Below are positions 59,461-64,000 of a DNA stretch of 64,000 nucleotides, one piece after another. The notes below the pieces were generated by a model, which searched no databases, was not told the DNA's origin, and saw only the letters and a program-made list of their open reading frames with translations. The DNA is taken from NCBI GenBank assembly GCA_977020255.1, contig CDROCS010002866.1, forward strand, positions 62,001 through 126,000, written 5' to 3'. Each line of letters starts with the position of its first letter. Position 1 is the first letter of the stretch. This stretch comes from Obrimoposthia wandeli (lineage: Eukaryota). A program made the position numbers and the translations under genes.

Positions 59461-60000
59461 ATGGAAAAAGCATTTGCCAAAATTATAGAGAGTATTGGAG
59501 AAGACCTTAGCCGTGAAGGGCTATTAGATACTCCTGCGCGCGCCGCCAAAGCCATGACATATTTAACTCAAGGCTATACACAGTCGTTAGATGTTGTGGT
59601 TAATAACGCGCTTTTCCCCTCGGATAACAGTGAAATGGTTGTCGTTAAGGACATTGAGTTTTACTCTCTTTGTGAACACCATATGCTACCGTTTATTGGA
59701 AAAGCACATGTTGCCTATATCCCCCAGGGCAAAGTTATTGGTCTATCAAAATTGGCTCGAATTGTAGATATGTTCGCAAGACGCTTACAGATTCAAGAAA
59801 ATATGACCAAACAAATCGCCGAGGCGATTATGCAAGTAACGAATGCTGAAGGTGTCGGTGTTGTCATAGAAGCAGAACATATGTGCATGAAAATGCGCGG
59901 CGTTGAAAAACAAAATAGCACCATGAAGACATCTATGTTACTAGGGTCTTTTAGAGGCCGCCCTGCAACACGTGCTGAATTCTTCTCTTTAGTTAGTTAA
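59461..60000 (+). CDS. folE: GTP cyclohydrolase I
   Basis: [34 protein letters not shown] and H-CMKMRGV motifs. Confidence 0.98.
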   Translation: MEKAFAKIIESIGEDLSREGLLDTPARAAKAMTYLTQGYTQSLDVVVNNALFPSDNSEMVVVKDIEFYSLCEHHMLPFIGKAHVAYIPQGKVIGLSKLARIVDMFARRLQIQENMTKQIAEAIMQVTNAEGVGVVIEAEHMCMKMRGVEKQNSTMKTSMLLGSFRGRPATRAEFFSLVS

Positions 60001-60519
60001 TAGCTGCTGCTTCAGCACCTCTCTCTTTGAGCCGATTAATTACCTTTGCTTGGTCTTATCAAACAATGTTACCTAATCGAGCTCAAATCGTTCATGACAT
60101 CGCTTATACAATCTCTTACACTAACCTGAATCTTTTTTCGCCGAGCTCTCCTTGGCTTATTTTCGCGCTACATATAAAAAAGATTAGTTAGGATAAAGTA
60201 AACGAAATCAAATTAACTTCGTTCCAATAAATGTAATCACTTCAATATACAAAGCTTTATTTTCATGAGCAGTGTTCTATGTCGGCTATTATAAATATTA
60301 CACTTTTCGCTTAGTATCATATTTTTAGCTTTCAATATTTTCATTGATTTAAATTCCTAGCCATACAAAATACAGATATTGTATGTAATTTCACTTTGTT
60401 ATACTTTCTTTAAAATAACCCAATTATTTAGCTACTTAGCTGTATCGATACACTTTAGTGAATAACTTTATAGTAAGTATTTTATCGTATTTAATCACAA
60501 CTGAAACATAGGGCTTGCA

Positions 60520-61824
60520 ATGACCTACCTTCGAGAAATAAAGCTATCCGCCATTAGCGCTAGTTTATTTACCCTTCTTATCAGCATTTCTGCGCACGGA
60601 GTTACCTTAAAAGAAGTATACGAAATGGCAGTAAAATCTGATCCATTATTACAACAAGCTGCGGCGAGCTTACAAAGCAGCGAAGAGAATATTGTTCAAG
60701 CTAAGGCGGCTTTGTTGCCGACGGTTGACGGGGAAATAAAAATAGATAGACAAGATCATTCGAACAGCACAGATAGTAATGATAAAAGCTATGCTGTTAA
60801 CTTAATTCAGCCAGTATACTCGCCAGCACTTAAATCTGCCTATTCAAAAGTAAAAGCGCTAGAGCAACAAGCTAAACTGCAATTTCAGCGCAGCGAGCAA
60901 GATTTAATCATACGCACCGTTAATGCCTACATAGCTGCGATGATCGCAAAAAGCGATCTAACCACCGCAAAAGCTCAAGAGCGCGCCATAAAGAGAAGAT
61001 TGGATAGAGTAAATGCAGAGTTCGACGTAGGGGTTATTGCAATCACTGATGTCCATGAAGCTCAAGCATCATACGATAACACCAAAGTTAATTTAATTAT
61101 TAGTGAAGGCAAACTCGAAAACAGCTTTGAAGCGCTACAACGTTTAACAAATACTAGTATTAGTGCGATTGATAGCTTAAACAAAAATTATAAAATTATT
61201 CCGCTTAGCCCCAATAACCCAGAGCACTGGATTACTCAAGCTGTTGCGAATAATTTAATTATCCTTGCAGGAAAGCGTAGTATTGAATCGACCCAGCAAG
61301 ATACTAATATTGCCGAGGCAGCCTTAAAGCCCGCGGTTAATTTAAAAGCTTCGCACTCTCGACACAATAACAGCCAATCTGGCTCAGAGACTGACAATAC
61401 CATTTCATTAGTATTAACTATGCCGTTATTCAGTGGTGGGGCATTGAAATCAAAAGTTCGCCAATCTCTGACGGCACAGCAGATAGAAAAATCTAAACAA
61501 CAAGATAACATCCGTGCATTAACTCAGCGCACTCGCACCCTTATTCGCGATATTCAAACCAATGTGTTAGCTATAAAAGCAAGAAAGCAGAGCATTATAT
61601 CAAGTAAAGCAGCACTTGATGCGATCAGCGAAGGCTTTAAAGTGGGCACACGAAATATAGTCGATTTATTACAAGCAGAACAGTCACATTTGAGCGCTCA
61701 AAATGAATTTTCAACAGCACGTCTTAATCACATTAAAATGCTGTTCAACCTAAAATTTGAACTCGGCAAAGTTGATCAAACTGATATAACTGACTTGGAA
61801 CAATGGATGAAACGCCCTAATTAA
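60520..61824 (+). CDS. tolC: TolC-family outer membrane channel
   Basis: Signal peptide, A-AALLP, QPVY, TDVHEAQA, PLFSGG and GTRNIVDLLQAE motifs. Confidence 0.9.
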   Translation: MTYLREIKLSAISASLFTLLISISAHGVTLKEVYEMAVKSDPLLQQAAASLQSSEENIVQAKAALLPTVDGEIKIDRQDHSNSTDSNDKSYAVNLIQPVYSPALKSAYSKVKALEQQAKLQFQRSEQDLIIRTVNAYIAAMIAKSDLTTAKAQERAIKRRLDRVNAEFDVGVIAITDVHEAQASYDNTKVNLIISEGKLENSFEALQRLTNTSISAIDSLNKNYKIIPLSPNNPEHWITQAVANNLIILAGKRSIESTQQDTNIAEAALKPAVNLKASHSRHNNSQSGSETDNTISLVLTMPLFSGGALKSKVRQSLTAQQIEKSKQQDNIRALTQRTRTLIRDIQTNVLAIKARKQSIISSKAALDAISEGFKVGTRNIVDLLQAEQSHLSAQNEFSTARLNHIKMLFNLKFELGKVDQTDITDLEQWMKRPN

Positions 61825-61834
61825 CTAATAACAA

Positions 61835-61987
61835 CATTAGTGTCCGGTTTAATTTTTGCTGCTCTCTAACTCATTGATTTTACGTTAACGGCAAAAACAC
61901 TTTAGCTAAAAAATATCTATTTATCCATGATAGAAAACCACAAATCAATGAGTTAGAGGGCTTACATTTTTTAACCGGACAACAATG
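61835..61987. mobile_element. Complete 153-bp MITE, family A, with terminal inverted repeats and a 9-bp target duplication TAATAACAA
   Basis: Left CATTAGTGTCCGGTTTAA and right TTAACCGGACAACAATG; inner IR CTCTAACTCATTGATTT/AAATCAATGAGTTAGAG; TAATAACAA at 61826-34 and 61988-96. Confidence 0.85.
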
Positions 61988-62229
61988 TAATAACAATTTA
62001 AAAAAGGTGATATAAAACGACCAAACCAATCAACCTGCGCGCTACTAAATACAAGTGGCGCGAATCTTCAGTCAATTAAACAGCTCTCGCAACAACCTTG
62101 TGTGGATGAAGGTATTCTTGCAGATTTTAATATATTGATTTTTCGAGGATAAAAAATATTGACTCCCAGTAAAGAAGTGAAGAGCCTAAAGAGTTGTATC
62201 ATTATTGTAATATAAAAAAGCAACACTTT

Positions 62230-63033
62230 TTAGTGAATAACGGGCTCTTGGCTTTCAGATCCCGGTAATATTAACTGTCCTTGAGAGTCAAAAGCAAGCG
62301 CCCCTTTCTCAGTTGCTATATCAAGTAAATGATCAATAACCATCTGCGTAATATGACTACCGATAATAATGCCTGCCGGTGGATCGTTCTCAAAAACATC
62401 ATCAATAATTAAATCATCAGCACGTAATGCCAATAGCAACGGATTCTCACTTACTAAAGGCGCAATCTCTTGGGGAGTAAATACACTGTGTCCTCCTGCG
62501 ACTTGAATAGCAAGTGAATAAGCATCAAGTACTTGAGTATCTAATTGCTGCATATATTCGTCTTCTGCGCCTTTTAATAGCTGGCTTAAAGCGCTGATCT
62601 CACGTTTAGATATGTTAGCGGTTGCTGTTTTCGAACAACTGTAATCAATGTCGCTAATTTTTATTGAGTCCATAGCTTCAATTTCAGCATTTTCTATTTG
62701 CATTTCTCCATCACTGTTCACTTCAAGCCAACCATGCTGAACAGCAGAATCTAATAAAACTTCTATGGCAGCGTTATGGATATTTACGGCAATAATAACA
62801 GCAGCACAAGGGTTATCCGCTTCTTCGGCACTTTTAATCAACCCTCCTGCTCTAGCCGCCAGCAATGTAGGATCTTGCGTGACTATATCGGCTAATTGAT
62901 CAGTATTTATTTGTAACTGAGCCGCGCATAGCTTCTCTGCACTCAACAATGGCTGAGAGCCTGATTTATGCTGTAATATTTGCACATATTCCACTCGTAA
63001 ATTTTCCAGAATATCCGTCAAAATCTGACTCAT
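62230..63033 (-). CDS. Acidic hypothetical protein with a two-fold internal domain repeat
   Basis: QDPTLLAARA...AAVIIAVNI...LLDSAVQHGWL versus ENPLLLALRA...AGIIIGSHI...LLDIATEKGAL. Confidence 0.75.
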   Translation of the reverse strand: MSQILTDILENLRVEYVQILQHKSGSQPLLSAEKLCAAQLQINTDQLADIVTQDPTLLAARAGGLIKSAEEADNPCAAVIIAVNIHNAAIEVLLDSAVQHGWLEVNSDGEMQIENAEIEAMDSIKISDIDYSCSKTATANISKREISALSQLLKGAEDEYMQQLDTQVLDAYSLAIQVAGGHSVFTPQEIAPLVSENPLLLALRADDLIIDDVFENDPPAGIIIGSHITQMVIDHLLDIATEKGALAFDSQGQLILPGSESQEPVIH

Positions 63034-63118
63034 ATAATCTTTTCCTTCACTTTTTGAGTGATTACAATAATTAACGACTTAATGGCAAAAATAATCACAT
63101 TATTACATTTGAATCTAA

Positions 63119-63757
63119 TCAATGAAAAGTAATACCTATCGGTGTTATAGCGCCCTTGAGTTGATCAAAGCACTCTCTTAATTCAGATAAAGGCCTGAGT
63201 GCATAATCGATTGGATCTTGCGGTAACTCTATCCAATCAAGTGCCCATATTTTAGTCATCAACTCATATTCCCCGATAAGGGCATCAAGAAATATCATGA
63301 CAGCTTCTATCCGCGGATCATCTTCTAATGCTTCTGGCACATAGGGCATATAAATAGTTAAATGTAATTTCTTATCGCTACTTTGCAACGCAAACCAATA
63401 ATCACTAATTTCACACATTTCACCTGCTACATTTATGCAATTAGGAATAGGGTCATAGCGGTGATTAAACGCTTTGAAAGTTATACCTTTAACATTGGGC
63501 GCAGCCCCAACTAAGGACAATACAGAATGAATAGATTCAGGATAACCGTCACAACCAAAAATCATTTCAATCGGCCCCTCTTCATCCGCCTCGAAATGAA
63601 AAGTTAGATTTTCATCTATAATTTGCAATCTATCTCTATAATCGCCTAATAGAAACTCTGCACCAAACTGATTATCATCACGACTATCAAGTACTTGCTC
63701 AATAGTCGTTTCCAGTTTTTGCCAGAACTCTTCTATTTCTTTTGCGTGATGTGGCAT
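63119..63757 (-). CDS. Conserved-looking hypothetical protein (212 aa)
   Basis: Long ORF; FW...FHF...IFGCDGY...LVGAAP...FLDALIGEY pattern; function not recognised. Confidence 0.7.
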   Translation of the reverse strand: MPHHAKEIEEFWQKLETTIEQVLDSRDDNQFGAEFLLGDYRDRLQIIDENLTFHFEADEEGPIEMIFGCDGYPESIHSVLSLVGAAPNVKGITFKAFNHRYDPIPNCINVAGEMCEISDYWFALQSSDKKLHLTIYMPYVPEALEDDPRIEAVMIFLDALIGEYELMTKIWALDWIELPQDPIDYALRPLSELRECFDQLKGAITPIGITFH

Positions 63758-63888
63758 CTATATCTTATCTCACTCTCTGATTTGCCATACTTAAAATTGA
63801 TTAAGCATCAATTAATTGCGTAGCAAAAACTCAATACACACCTTTATACGATCTATTTTCAACGCTCAAATCTCGATAACTATTAACA

Positions 63889-64000
63889 TTATGTGCGCGG
63901 TACTACTACGCCCGTTTGACCTTGGTATTTACCCGCTCTATCTGCATAGGAAGTTTCACATATTTCATCTGCACCTAGAAACAGCATTTGAGCGACACCT
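63889..64000 (-). CDS. dcd: dCTP deaminase, 3' end only (not in the ORF track)
   Basis: Minus strand translates [36 protein letters not shown]-stop, the typical Dcd C-terminus. Confidence 0.9.
   Translation of the reverse strand, partial: GVAQMLFLGADEICETSYADRAGKYQGQTGVVVPRT

Overview
AT-rich gammaproteobacterial chromosome segment; gene content suggests a marine Oceanospirillales/Alteromonadales-type organism (inference). It has three parts. (1) 1.2-26 kb: a 20-gene minus-strand cobalamin biosynthesis cluster headed by a cobalamin riboswitch. It mixes late-insertion genes (cobN, cobW, fused ChlI/ChlD) with early-route genes (cbiD, cbiG, cbiX) and has no cobG or cobF. (2) 27.0-35.9 kb: a chromosomal integron. 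It has an SOS-boxed intI whose catalytic YTHV motif lies beyond an in-frame TAG, an attI beside a 44-bp palindrome, and a minus-strand cassette array with 8 canonical attC sites. The cassettes are an ORF-less structured cassette, membrane/secreted/transglutaminase-like ORFs, a TRADD-N-associated-TM-like ORF, parDE, and a truncated paralogue of the first cassette. A 2.3-kb element encoding a tyrosine recombinase plus an IS91-type HUH protein sits in reverse orientation exactly at an attC R'' box and carries its own attC-like site; this is the most interesting object in the window. (3) 36-64 kb: housekeeping genes (trxB, peroxiredoxin, aat, ate/bpt, infA, proS, iscR-sufBCDS-A-T-E, pssA, marC, ibpA with sigma32 promoter and ROSE-like hairpin, aroC, prmB, smr, folE, tolC, 3' end of dcd), an IS30 relic and two MITE families. 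I saw no tRNA, rRNA or CRISPR array. All family calls come from motif recognition; no database search was run.
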